Positions 55,201 through 62,717 of a DNA stretch of 64,000 nucleotides are shown one piece after another (the first letter of the stretch is position 1; the number at the start of each line of letters is the position of its first letter). The stretch is from positions 1 to 64,000 of IMG/VR virus record IMGVR_UViG_3300046681_000151; one strand, written 5' to 3'. The position numbers and the translations under genes are program-made. This stretch comes from a virus. Taxonomy: Duplodnaviria; Caudoviricetes. The notes under the pieces are model-generated. The model was not told the origin of the DNA. It worked only from the letters and a program-made list of their open reading frames with translations, and searched no databases.

Positions 55201-57570
55201 CTTCAGCTTCGCGTCCGCGAGGGTCTGTACGGCGGCAGCACGAACCGAGCCGTCCGCCAGACCGGCGGACGCTGCCAGCGCCTGGGTGAGGCTGGAGATC
55301 CGCTGCTGGTGAGCGGCAGCGGCAGCAGCGGCCTCCTGCTGCTTGCGGGCCAGCATGTCCAAGCCGATCATGGCGCCTGCGATGGCGATACCCCACGGGC
55401 CGCCGAGGAATCCGTACAGTCCGCGCATGCCGCCCATGAGTCCGCGCCCGACACCGGTACCGATGGCGGCCATTGCGCCGCCCGCGGCGGACCGGAAGCC
55501 TACGAGGCGCCCGCCGGCTTCCTGAATGCCGGTGGAGGCGTTGCGGAAGCTGTTGCCCATTGCGGCGATCGTCGGGGAGCGTGCTTCCAGTGAGGCGAGC
55601 CCGGCACCCCAGTGCCCCAGCGATACCCCGGCCCGGGCGGCGAGGATCGTCTGCGTCTGCATGGCGCCGCGCACGCCGTTGAAGGAGCCGACTGCGGAGC
55701 GGCCGTAGCCGACGACGGCCTGCTGCATGCCTTGGATCTGACTGCGGAACGGACGCATTGCGAGCATCGACAGCACGGCCAGCTGCATCGGGCCGGGCAG
55801 TCCGGCGAAGGCGTGGGCGATGCCGCCCACCAGTGCACCGATGGGCCGCAGGATGCCGGACATGTCGCCGATCAGGCCGACGCCGACCTGCAGCCGGCCT
55901 GTGGCCACGCCGAGGGCGCCCGCCCCCGAGGAGACGGATGTGAGCAGGTCATGCATGCCGCCGACGAGCGGCGCGGCTGCAGCGCCGGCATTGGAGAGCA
56001 CCTTCTCCAGCGACTGCACGGAGGTGATGGCCAGCGGCACGGCAGCGACGAGCGCCCCGCTGAGCGCCGCCTTCACCGGATTTGCCAGGCTCGCGGCTGC
56101 CTTGCCGATGCCGCTCGACGCCGCATGCAGCTTGGCCTCGACCGATGGCCCGTAGATGTCCCACAGATCTCCGGCGATACGGATGCCGGACTTGATGTAG
56201 GGGATGGCGTCCGAGACGCCCTTCGACATCGACCGGGTGATCTTCTCCAGGCCGGGCGCGACGCCCAAGTACACCTGGAGGAAGGCGGATTGGAGCTGCT
56301 TGCCGAGGCCGCGCATGGCGCCGCCCAGGCCTTTCGACTCGGCCGCCGCCAGGGCTGCGGCGCCACCCACACGGCCCACCTGGACGCCGAACTGCTGGAA
56401 TGCGGTGCCGCCCTGGTGGGCGAGCGCCACCATGCCCGCAAGGGCGGGTTTGCCGAACGCCATCGCGGCGGCTGCCGTGAACTGCTGTGTCGTCAGGTGG
56501 TGGGAGGCGTCGCCGAGTTGCGTGATGACGTACTGGAGGCCCTTGAAGTTGCCCTTGCTGTCGAACGCTTCAATGCCGAGTTCGTGCAGGCCCTTCGAGG
56601 CGAGTTTCGTCGGCTTCGCCATGTTGACCAGCGCCGAACGCAGGGCTGTACCGGCGGTTTCGCCGATGATGCCGGACTTGCCGAGCAGGCCGACCGCGGT
56701 GGCGGTGTCCTTGATGGAGATGCCCATGGTGTGGGCGATGGGGCCCACGTATTTCATCGCGTAGTAGATGTCCATGAGTTCGCCGGACGCCGAGTTCGAC
56801 GTGTTGGCGAGGACATCCGCTACGTGGGTCGCTTCGGTGGACTTGAGGGCGAACTGGTCCATGATGTCGCCCTCGATTTTCGCCGCTGTTGCGACGTCAG
56901 TTCGAGCGGCGGCAGAGAGCTGGATGGTGCCTCGGGCGGCCCGGATGGCGTCCTGCGCCGACAGGCCCGCCTTCGCCAGCTCGACCATCGCGTCAGCGGC
57001 CTCAGCCGCGTTCGCCGACGGCAGTTTCATGTCCGCGCCGAGGGCCTGCGCTTCACGGCCTGCCGACGACATCTGTGCCCCTGAGGCCCGTGTGACCTCA
57101 AGGAACTTGTTCATCGCGTCGGTGTATTCGTTGCCCGCGTGGACGATGTCGTGCAGGCCGAACAGGATCGCGCCGCCCGCCAGGAGCGCGCCGAGATGCT
57201 TGACGGGGCCGAGGACGGATTCGACGCCGGAGCGCACCGAGCCCATGCCGTTGCGGGCCGCCGAGCCCATACGTCCGAAGGCTGCGGGCGCGAGCGCGGT
57301 CTCGTCTCGCATCGCTCGCGTGCCGCGGCTGGCAGCCAGCGCTGCGGCCTCGCCCTCCCGGACGCCTGCCGCGCCGCCGCGCGCACCCGCGCCCATGGCC
57401 GTCAGCCCGGCGCGGGCCGCTGCCCCGTCTGCGCCGAGGGCCCGGATGCCGCGCCCGGCAACCAGGGAGGCTTCCCCGAGGGCGAGGAGTTCGCCGGTGC
57501 CGGTGCGGACGATGGTGCCGAAGCCGGGCATCTCGGCGATGACGCGAACGCGCACGGTACGGTCGGTCAC
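52282..57570 (-). CDS. tail tape measure protein (TP901-type)
   Basis: 1762 aa Ala/Gly-rich; ELAKAG, AGTALR, two E.G.EA.IPL motifs. Confidence 0.95.
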   Translation of the reverse strand: MTDRTVRVRVIAEMPGFGTIVRTGTGELLALGEASLVAGRGIRALGADGAAARAGLTAMGAGARGGAAGVREGEAAALAASRGTRAMRDETALAPAAFGRMGSAARNGMGSVRSGVESVLGPVKHLGALLAGGAILFGLHDIVHAGNEYTDAMNKFLEVTRASGAQMSSAGREAQALGADMKLPSANAAEAADAMVELAKAGLSAQDAIRAARGTIQLSAAARTDVATAAKIEGDIMDQFALKSTEATHVADVLANTSNSASGELMDIYYAMKYVGPIAHTMGISIKDTATAVGLLGKSGIIGETAGTALRSALVNMAKPTKLASKGLHELGIEAFDSKGNFKGLQYVITQLGDASHHLTTQQFTAAAAMAFGKPALAGMVALAHQGGTAFQQFGVQVGRVGGAAALAAAESKGLGGAMRGLGKQLQSAFLQVYLGVAPGLEKITRSMSKGVSDAIPYIKSGIRIAGDLWDIYGPSVEAKLHAASSGIGKAAASLANPVKAALSGALVAAVPLAITSVQSLEKVLSNAGAAAAPLVGGMHDLLTSVSSGAGALGVATGRLQVGVGLIGDMSGILRPIGALVGGIAHAFAGLPGPMQLAVLSMLAMRPFRSQIQGMQQAVVGYGRSAVGSFNGVRGAMQTQTILAARAGVSLGHWGAGLASLEARSPTIAAMGNSFRNASTGIQEAGGRLVGFRSAAGGAMAAIGTGVGRGLMGGMRGLYGFLGGPWGIAIAGAMIGLDMLARKQQEAAAAAAAHQQRISSLTQALAASAGLADGSVRAAAVQTLADAKLKDGKTQLLNVMHEAGVGTSQLTDAYLGQGTSIDTLQKKLLTAANANREWVASGKSGRKVAFTEQGQAYKDAADALGSLSGEFGTAKKKQADLAAAVKGSGAAALDATDPTGRLQTAIKTLGDSASDADTKARALHTALDLLSGGELDVQAAVATMNQAILDLNGSYKDGVDKSHGYGKALLQVDGSLNTTSENGQSLWTKLQALNEQTAGAAQSTYDFARANNEGVVPALKQAEAHMETSWKAAVTAGQKFGLTADQAKVLAAQMGFIPSSLAITMSTPGLSATQKQLLYVQGLAGHMPKGSTIRVSALTAEAKKDIEDVGFKVKTLPGGRQMEITAPTGKAAAALDALIAKKLPSKAVGVDAKTASAMAALEAVRQKVAGTKGKSVTIGALTGAAQSALTSLGFKVQRLPNRQIRVTLPTGGPAAAAAAIQRYINNLHGKTVTNYVNSIVTTTSKSVHEVVGKADGGIVSFYADGGMRENHVAQIARKGTYRVWAEDEAGDEAYIPLNPAKRGRSRQIAAQTVSRLGGAVAWYANGGLSGFTYTPSGQPVLGGPSDAKSRYDQDVQRLKDAWGVLNTALKEQKKAADSLTAAEKNLSRVRHEHHTAAQLRAAQDRVDKARSAKKARDKTVSADRQKVYAADSALGVKRGAKAPTGFDLKAYEKQLNASVAATDKWRTNLSKISKRGGAEVESLLENMGQDGYALVNSLAGASTKQFDDIVKKLQKTGDVAKATLADFEKQLGGATQQNQQFAADLQKLAAEGFGDLAQALAAQGDSNAQALAHEAAGNSKSASAANKSVDKAQATLTGDDLTNSLILLSTLRGGTGRGYADLIAAGLGTDVIKALVPKMTKQIGALPDANKATFVRQWVAQGGTAMAAGGILTKATPVLAGEAGIPEAFIPLAQTARSRALLAASAAALGYHLVPASRWAAGSSAAAMAREVTKNIEINLYGAKQTSAEQAQDIARHMAFVG

Positions 57571-57635
57571 GGCAGCCCCCGATCTTCAGTTGTGGAGGCG
57601 TGCACACGCTGAGCGCCGTGCGGGAGGATTGCGGT

Positions 57636-58064
57636 ATGGACGATCTGGTGCGGTGGCTTGGCGAGCAGTTCGACGAGGATGAGCGGATCGCGCAGGCGTT
57701 GAACCCGGACCCGGTGGCCTCGATGTCCCGAAAGTTTGAGACCGACGCATTGCGCCTGCGGGACGAATTGAAGCAAGGCAAGTCCGACCGCGTTCCGTAT
57801 GACGAGGGCCAGTCGGATGCGCTGCACTGGGCGTCGGTCGTCCTGCCGGAGCGGATGCCGCCGCTGTCGCCGTTCGGTCAGGCGCGAATCTTGCGGGAGA
57901 TCGACGCCAAGCGACAACTCGTTAAGCAGTACGAGCGCGCACTGAAGAACCGCCGCGCTCACCCGGACGACCTCGCGTCCGCTGGCGGACTCCTCGCGCT
58001 GCACGGGGCCGTCAAGCTGCTCGCTCTGCCCTATGCGGACCGCCCCGGCTACCGCGAGGAGTAG
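57636..58064 (+). CDS. DUF6221-like protein (moron)
   Basis: DLVRWL..Q.DEDE...ARILREIDAKR...LLALPYADRPGYREE. Confidence 0.8.
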   Translation: MDDLVRWLGEQFDEDERIAQALNPDPVASMSRKFETDALRLRDELKQGKSDRVPYDEGQSDALHWASVVLPERMPPLSPFGQARILREIDAKRQLVKQYERALKNRRAHPDDLASAGGLLALHGAVKLLALPYADRPGYREE

Positions 58065-58080
58065 CGGCCATGGCTCAACG

Positions 58081-58683
58081 TCAGCCGGTGGCCATCCCGA
58101 AGGAGCGCAGGATGTCGGCGGCGGCCTGCGAGGGTGGCCCGAGTTCGCCGGACTGGAACTGGAGCTGCAGCGCCGCGTTCCACAGCCGCAGCAACTGCCC
58201 GTCAGACAGGTGGTCCCAGAACTCGGCGAACTCCGCCTGGTCGGCAGGCTTGGGCTCGACCAGTTGGGCCTCGACGAGCGCCGGGGCGAACGAGTCCGGA
58301 TCGAACGCAGGTTCCTCATTGCTGCCGCTCGCGGCGGCGGACTCGGTCTGCTCCTTCGTCGGCGGATGCTCCGCCCGCAGGGCCTGATACGCCCGGTGCG
58401 TGATCGCTTCGAGGGTGAAGCGCACCCGGGACTCCTCGGCCCGCGCCTCCACCTCCTGCAGCTGCTTCGCGACGTCACGGGCCGTCTCCGTGCCGTGCGT
58501 CTCATCGTGACGCTGCGCCCGCTCCAGCAGAGTGTCGAACGCGTCGAGTTCTGCGGACGCCGTCGAATCCATGATGAGTTCGACGACCCGCCGGGGCCGC
58601 TGAATCTTGGCGCGGACGTCAGCAAACGTCAGCGCGGGCTTCGCCGCCCGACGCGCGGGCGGCTTCCTGCTCGAAGTGGTCAT
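58081..58683 (-). CDS. tail assembly chaperone paralog
   Basis: F.LEAI..RAY..L.AEHPP...F...F.PALV, similar to 59438..59914. Confidence 0.6.
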   Translation of the reverse strand: MTTSSRKPPARRAAKPALTFADVRAKIQRPRRVVELIMDSTASAELDAFDTLLERAQRHDETHGTETARDVAKQLQEVEARAEESRVRFTLEAITHRAYQALRAEHPPTKEQTESAAASGSNEEPAFDPDSFAPALVEAQLVEPKPADQAEFAEFWDHLSDGQLLRLWNAALQLQFQSGELGPPSQAAADILRSFGMATG

Positions 58684-58707
58684 GGGTTCCCTGTCCTTCA
58701 CGTGCTT

Positions 58708-59085
58708 CTACATGGCCTGATGCACGGCAATTTCGATGCCGGTGACCAGGTCTTCGGCGTTCGCATCCAGTGCGGGGCCGAGGTGTGGAATGGGTGCGTT
58801 CTTGCTGGTGCCGTACTCGATGATGTTTCCGAGCGGGCCCTGGGACCGCCCCTTGTCCGGGCCGATCTCGCCCTCGACGCCCACGGGCGTGACCTTGACG
58901 TCGTAGGTGATCGAATACGGGTAGGCGGGCAGGTACTTGTGGCCCCGGATCCGGTTGCGCGCGTCATCCCGCACCTTCTGTGAGGTCACCTTCACGGCCT
59001 TCCCGACGTTCACCCTCAGCCGCTCCGCGAAGACCCCCAGGTCGTCCACGACCACGGTTAGGCCGATCACGTCGATACCAGCCAT
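58708..59085 (-). CDS. HK97 gp10-like tail completion protein
   Basis: SITYDV...GEIGP...IEYGTS..AP.PHL.PA. Confidence 0.7.
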   Translation of the reverse strand: MAGIDVIGLTVVVDDLGVFAERLRVNVGKAVKVTSQKVRDDARNRIRGHKYLPAYPYSITYDVKVTPVGVEGEIGPDKGRSQGPLGNIIEYGTSKNAPIPHLGPALDANAEDLVTGIEIAVHQAM

Positions 59086-59450
59086 TACGCCCCCCTTCGG
59101 AACACGGAGACCTTCAGGCCGTCGGTTTTGCCGCCGTCTTCCTGGTGCGCCGCAACACGGCGCGCGCCCGCCAGACAGGCGTGGCATTTCGTGATCGACG
59201 CGTCGTAGGCGTACTCGTTGTCGGCATGCGTCGACTCGGCGAGCGAATGCCCACAGTCCCCGCATAGGCCCGACTCGGCTTCCATCAGGGCCATCGCCCA
59301 CCAGCGGTCCTCCGGCAGCCACAACGGCTCACCCGGGGCGGGCTGCGGGCGGCCCAACAGGATGCTGCGCGGGATACTCCACGCCCGGGCCGCCTCGACT
59401 TCCCGCCGGTACGGGAACCGGTGATCCCGCAGGCGGGCTACGAGAAAGGG
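59085..59450 (-). CDS. tail assembly chaperone frameshift extension (gpT-like)
   Basis: -1 frame entered at C CCT TTC (59450-59444): ...PFLVARLRDH...W..EDR...C..CGH. Confidence 0.65.
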   Translation of the reverse strand, partial: PFLVARLRDHRFPYRREVEAARAWSIPRSILLGRPQPAPGEPLWLPEDRWWAMALMEAESGLCGDCGHSLAESTHADNEYAYDASITKCHACLAGARRVAAHQEDGGKTDGLKVSVFRRGA

Positions 59451-59914
59451 ACGGGGCTGGGCTCCTCGTTCACCGCGAGCGCCGCGGCGAACAGGGTCCG
59501 CGCGGTGCCGTCGTTGACGACGTCCAGCAGTCGGTCCACCTGCGCCGCCGTGAGCGACGGCTCCACACAGCAGACTGCCAGGACTGCGGGCAGAAACGTC
59601 CCCGCGTCATACGGCTCCTTCGAGCCCTCCGGCGCCGGATGTGCGGCCAGTAGGTTGCTGTAGGCGCGATGCCCGAGCGCCCGGAACCGGAACTCGACCG
59701 CAGCCTCCCGCGCCCGCTCGCGCGCCACCGTGAGGCGCTCCTGCAGCTCGTAGGCCGGATTCACTTCACCCAGCGACGTCGAATGCCACTCCCCCAGTTC
59801 ACCCAACTCGGCTTCCAGCGCCTGAAGTTCGGCGCCCACGTCGCCCGCAAGGCACACCTGAATGGTGACCTCGCGCGGCGACGCCCCTGCCAAGAGCTCC
59901 GAGATGTCAGGCAT
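59438..59914 (-). CDS. tail assembly chaperone (gpG-like)
   Basis: Directly after the major tail gene; ends in slippery VPFS. Confidence 0.75.
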   Translation of the reverse strand: MPDISELLAGASPREVTIQVCLAGDVGAELQALEAELGELGEWHSTSLGEVNPAYELQERLTVARERAREAAVEFRFRALGHRAYSNLLAAHPAPEGSKEPYDAGTFLPAVLAVCCVEPSLTAAQVDRLLDVVNDGTARTLFAAALAVNEEPSPVPFS

Positions 59915-60393
59915 CAGGCGACGATGGCCCTCGTCGCCGGGTCACTGGTGACCTTGAGCGGCGACATGAACTTCGAGACCTCGTTGGCCGCCGGGGCGAT
60001 GTTCTGCGCCTCGCCCGCGGTCACCGGGTACACCTCGACCTTGTCCGCGGAAGCGTAGGCGGTCGCGAACGCGGAACCGCGGCGGACCACCAGATAGCCG
60101 GAGGTGTTGTACGTCAGCGTCGTGTACGGCTGGTCTTCGATCGTGGTCGAGCCGCGCTTGAAGGTGACCTCCACCGTGTAGGAGCGGCGGCCGGGCTGGT
60201 TGGTCGTGAACGTCGAGCCCAGCGACGACGTGTCAACGTCCGCGGTCGCCGGGTCGGCCTTCAGGCCGTCCGGGGTGATCCGCAGCGTCCAGTCGGATCC
60301 GCCGTTCAACTCCGTGGTCGTGGGCGCGTTGATGTTCGCGATGGAGCCCACCCAGCTCACCTTGGTGTTGCCATCGCTGATCAGGTCAGACAT
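59914..60393 (-). CDS. major tail protein
   Basis: IANINAPT..EL..G...GYLVVRRG...VEVYPV. Confidence 0.85.
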   Translation of the reverse strand: MSDLISDGNTKVSWVGSIANINAPTTTELNGGSDWTLRITPDGLKADPATADVDTSSLGSTFTTNQPGRRSYTVEVTFKRGSTTIEDQPYTTLTYNTSGYLVVRRGSAFATAYASADKVEVYPVTAGEAQNIAPAANEVSKFMSPLKVTSDPATRAIVA

Positions 60394-60412
60394 GAACCCT
60401 CCTCAGGGCATG

Positions 60413-60436
60413 AAAAAAGCCCCGAGCGGGCGGGGC
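60413..60436 (-). terminator. intrinsic terminator upstream of the major tail gene
   Basis: GCCCCG-CCCGCT-CGGGGC-TTTTTT. Confidence 0.55.
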
Positions 60437-60461
60437 GGACGAAGACGGGGGTGGGTGAAGG

Positions 60462-60791
60462 TCAGATGCGCACGGCGGCGACAGTGACCGACGTCGTCGA
60501 CGAATAGGCGACCGCGGCCAAGCCGTCCGAGACGCCGGCGAACAGATCCTTCGTGATGGGGCCGATCATCATGTCGCCGGTGGTGGCCGGGACGGTGACG
60601 ACGACGTCCGCTGCGGCCTGGCTGCGGACCTTCGCAGTCGAAGACAGGGTGACGGTCATCGAACTGCCCGCCGTGTTCTTGACGTGCAGGAACGTCCGCT
60701 CGTCACAGATGACTTTCGTCGAGGCGGCGGCGGCACCGTAAGTCACGCCGAGGCCTGCGAGGTTGATGACCTGAGTGGTCAGGGTTGCCAT
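60462..60791 (-). CDS. hypothetical virion protein
   Basis: Beta-rich; GAGGAG RBS. Confidence 0.7.
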   Translation of the reverse strand: MATLTTQVINLAGLGVTYGAAAASTKVICDERTFLHVKNTAGSSMTVTLSSTAKVRSQAAADVVVTVPATTGDMMIGPITKDLFAGVSDGLAAVAYSSTTSVTVAAVRI

Positions 60792-60803
60792 GGAGGAACT
60801 CCT

Positions 60804-61214
60804 CTACAGGGGGATTGAGCGAAGCCGGTACCGGCTGGGTGCGTAGTAGTTGGGCGGGACTACGTCGTCGTCGCGCTGTACCGGCTGCCCATCGAGGGAC
60901 TCCGGTTTCCAGGACGTGCGCCCGGCGACCGTCAGGACGACGGACAACGCAGCAATGGCCCGGTCGGACACCGACATGGCCTGCGCCGCCGTCAGGCCCA
61001 CACACGTCAGCTGGACGACGGCAGAGAAGTCGGTCCGGTTGTCGCCGAGCGACGCGGTCATCGCACGGCCCGGCTCGGGGTAGAGGACGACATACGGGGT
61101 GCTGGCGGTCGGAGAAATGCCGGGGGGTGCCCCGCCGACGTAGACCACCAGGCCAGCCGTTTCCAGCGCGGCCGTCACCGCGTCGACGTGCGGCAGGACG
61201 GCAGGAGTCGTCAT
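60804..61214 (-). CDS. tail terminator protein
   Basis: PYVVLYP...QLTCVG...RDDDV. Confidence 0.7.
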   Translation of the reverse strand: MTTPAVLPHVDAVTAALETAGLVVYVGGAPPGISPTASTPYVVLYPEPGRAMTASLGDNRTDFSAVVQLTCVGLTAAQAMSVSDRAIAALSVVLTVAGRTSWKPESLDGQPVQRDDDVVPPNYYAPSRYRLRSIPL

Positions 61215-61227
61215 CGGCCGCCTCCCG

Positions 61228-61635
61228 TCACGTGGCAGCCTCGACAGTGATCCGCCAGGCCGTCGCGGTACTGCTGAAGTCCACAGCCATCACCGCGAAC
61301 ACCTGATCCACAAGCCGCGTATCACCAGACGCAGTGATCGTCACCGTGTCGCCGGTCTGCAAGTCGTCGGCGGCCAGGGAGGCGAACGGCAGAGCCACCT
61401 CATAGCGGGCCACCACCGTCAGCCGCTCCCCCGCCTCCTCGTTGCGAGGAACCCGCTGCGGCTTCAACCGGCAGGCACCCGAGTACAGGACCGTCGGTGT
61501 GCCCGGCGTGAGAACACTCGTGGTGCGGTTGAGCGTCGGCGCCCCGGGCCGGCTGATGGTGCACGAGTCCACCAGCAACTGGTTGTGCGCGTTGCGCCCC
61601 GCGGCGAGCAGCGGCTGGATGTCGATCGCCGTCAT
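61228..61635 (-). CDS. head-tail stopper (DUF6093-like)
   Basis: D.CTI.R...YSG.CR...GD.V.IT...TA.R. Confidence 0.75.
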   Translation of the reverse strand: MTAIDIQPLLAAGRNAHNQLLVDSCTISRPGAPTLNRTTSVLTPGTPTVLYSGACRLKPQRVPRNEEAGERLTVVARYEVALPFASLAADDLQTGDTVTITASGDTRLVDQVFAVMAVDFSSTATAWRITVEAAT

Positions 61636-62264
61636 CACGTCACCGGCGCCACAGAGAACGAGCCGCCGCGGTACTCCCGCAGCGCCTGCTTGTGCTCCGC
61701 GGTCAGCAGCGCGCCGCCGATGGTCTCGGAGGCGAACACGCGCTGGTAGTCGTCGATCGACTCGGATCGCAGGCCCTGCGGGTTGGTCATGTTCATCTGC
61801 GCCAGGTCGAGCACGACATCGACGACGTCGTCCGGGACCTCGCCGTCGCCGTGGCTGTGGGTGACCCGGACGCGTTGTGCCCAGATCCCCATGGGCCGCA
61901 TGAACGGCCAGCCCATCAGTCGGGTTGGCGCCCACCACTGTTCGCCACGGGTCAGCTCGCTGCCGATGCGCGTGAAGTCCCGACCCTCCAGGGCCGTGTA
62001 CTCCTGGTTGGAGATCCCGAACAGCTCGACCACCGTCAGCGGATGCGTGTCATCGACGACCAGAGGCCGCTGCGGAATCCGCAACACCCGCCCGCCACCC
62101 GGCAGCGTGACCGTTTGGTTCTCAACGAGCGTGAAGTCCTGGCGGCAGTACTTCCGCACCCGCGCCGACGCGCGACGCAGAGCCATCGCCGCCTGCGCCG
62201 GATCCAGCGTCCGCTGCAACGCGGCCTCCAGGTCCGCCTGTGTGGCGAGAGGAGTCGGGGACAT
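61635..62264 (-). CDS. head-tail adaptor protein
   Basis: LAT..DL...AS..VR...NP.GLRSE.IDDY. Confidence 0.75.
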   Translation of the reverse strand: MSPTPLATQADLEAALQRTLDPAQAAMALRRASARVRKYCRQDFTLVENQTVTLPGGGRVLRIPQRPLVVDDTHPLTVVELFGISNQEYTALEGRDFTRIGSELTRGEQWWAPTRLMGWPFMRPMGIWAQRVRVTHSHGDGEVPDDVVDVVLDLAQMNMTNPQGLRSESIDDYQRVFASETIGGALLTAEHKQALREYRGGSFSVAPVT

Positions 62265-62276
62265 GACGGGCCCCCT

Positions 62277-62645
62277 CTACTCCTCGGTGTCGGCCATCGC
62301 CGTCAGCCGCTTCACCACGGTGCTGCGCGGCTTGTCCTTCGCCTGCTCGGCCGCCAGTGCCGCAGCGGCGCGCTCACGGTCGTCGTTCACCCATGCCATG
62401 AGGTCGTCGATGGTGCCGTCCACCGGCGGCTCGTTGCCGCCCGGGTTCGGCGCCTCGGGGGCCTCGGGGGGCGTCTCCGGCTCCGGCTTGGGATCCGGGT
62501 CTGCTTCGGTGACCTTCACAGCCCCCTCCGGGGCATTCGCAGCGAGATGGCGGGCCAGTTCGCCCTCCAGCTCGTTGCCCTCGCCGAACTCGCGGACCTC
62601 GTAGTTCCAGTACGACCGCGTCGGCTGCAGTACGCGCACGCGCAT
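62277..62645 (-). CDS. hypothetical protein (post-capsid gene)
   Basis: GT.D....WV..D..RA..AL..E....PR motif. Confidence 0.7.
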   Translation of the reverse strand: MRVRVLQPTRSYWNYEVREFGEGNELEGELARHLAANAPEGAVKVTEADPDPKPEPETPPEAPEAPNPGGNEPPVDGTIDDLMAWVNDDRERAAAALAAEQAKDKPRSTVVKRLTAMADTEE

Positions 62646-62717
62646 GCTGCTCTCCTTCCTTCCTGAAGGCCCTCCGGCGTGGACGGACAGGGTTGCCCAC
62701 GCCGGAGGGAGACGGGG

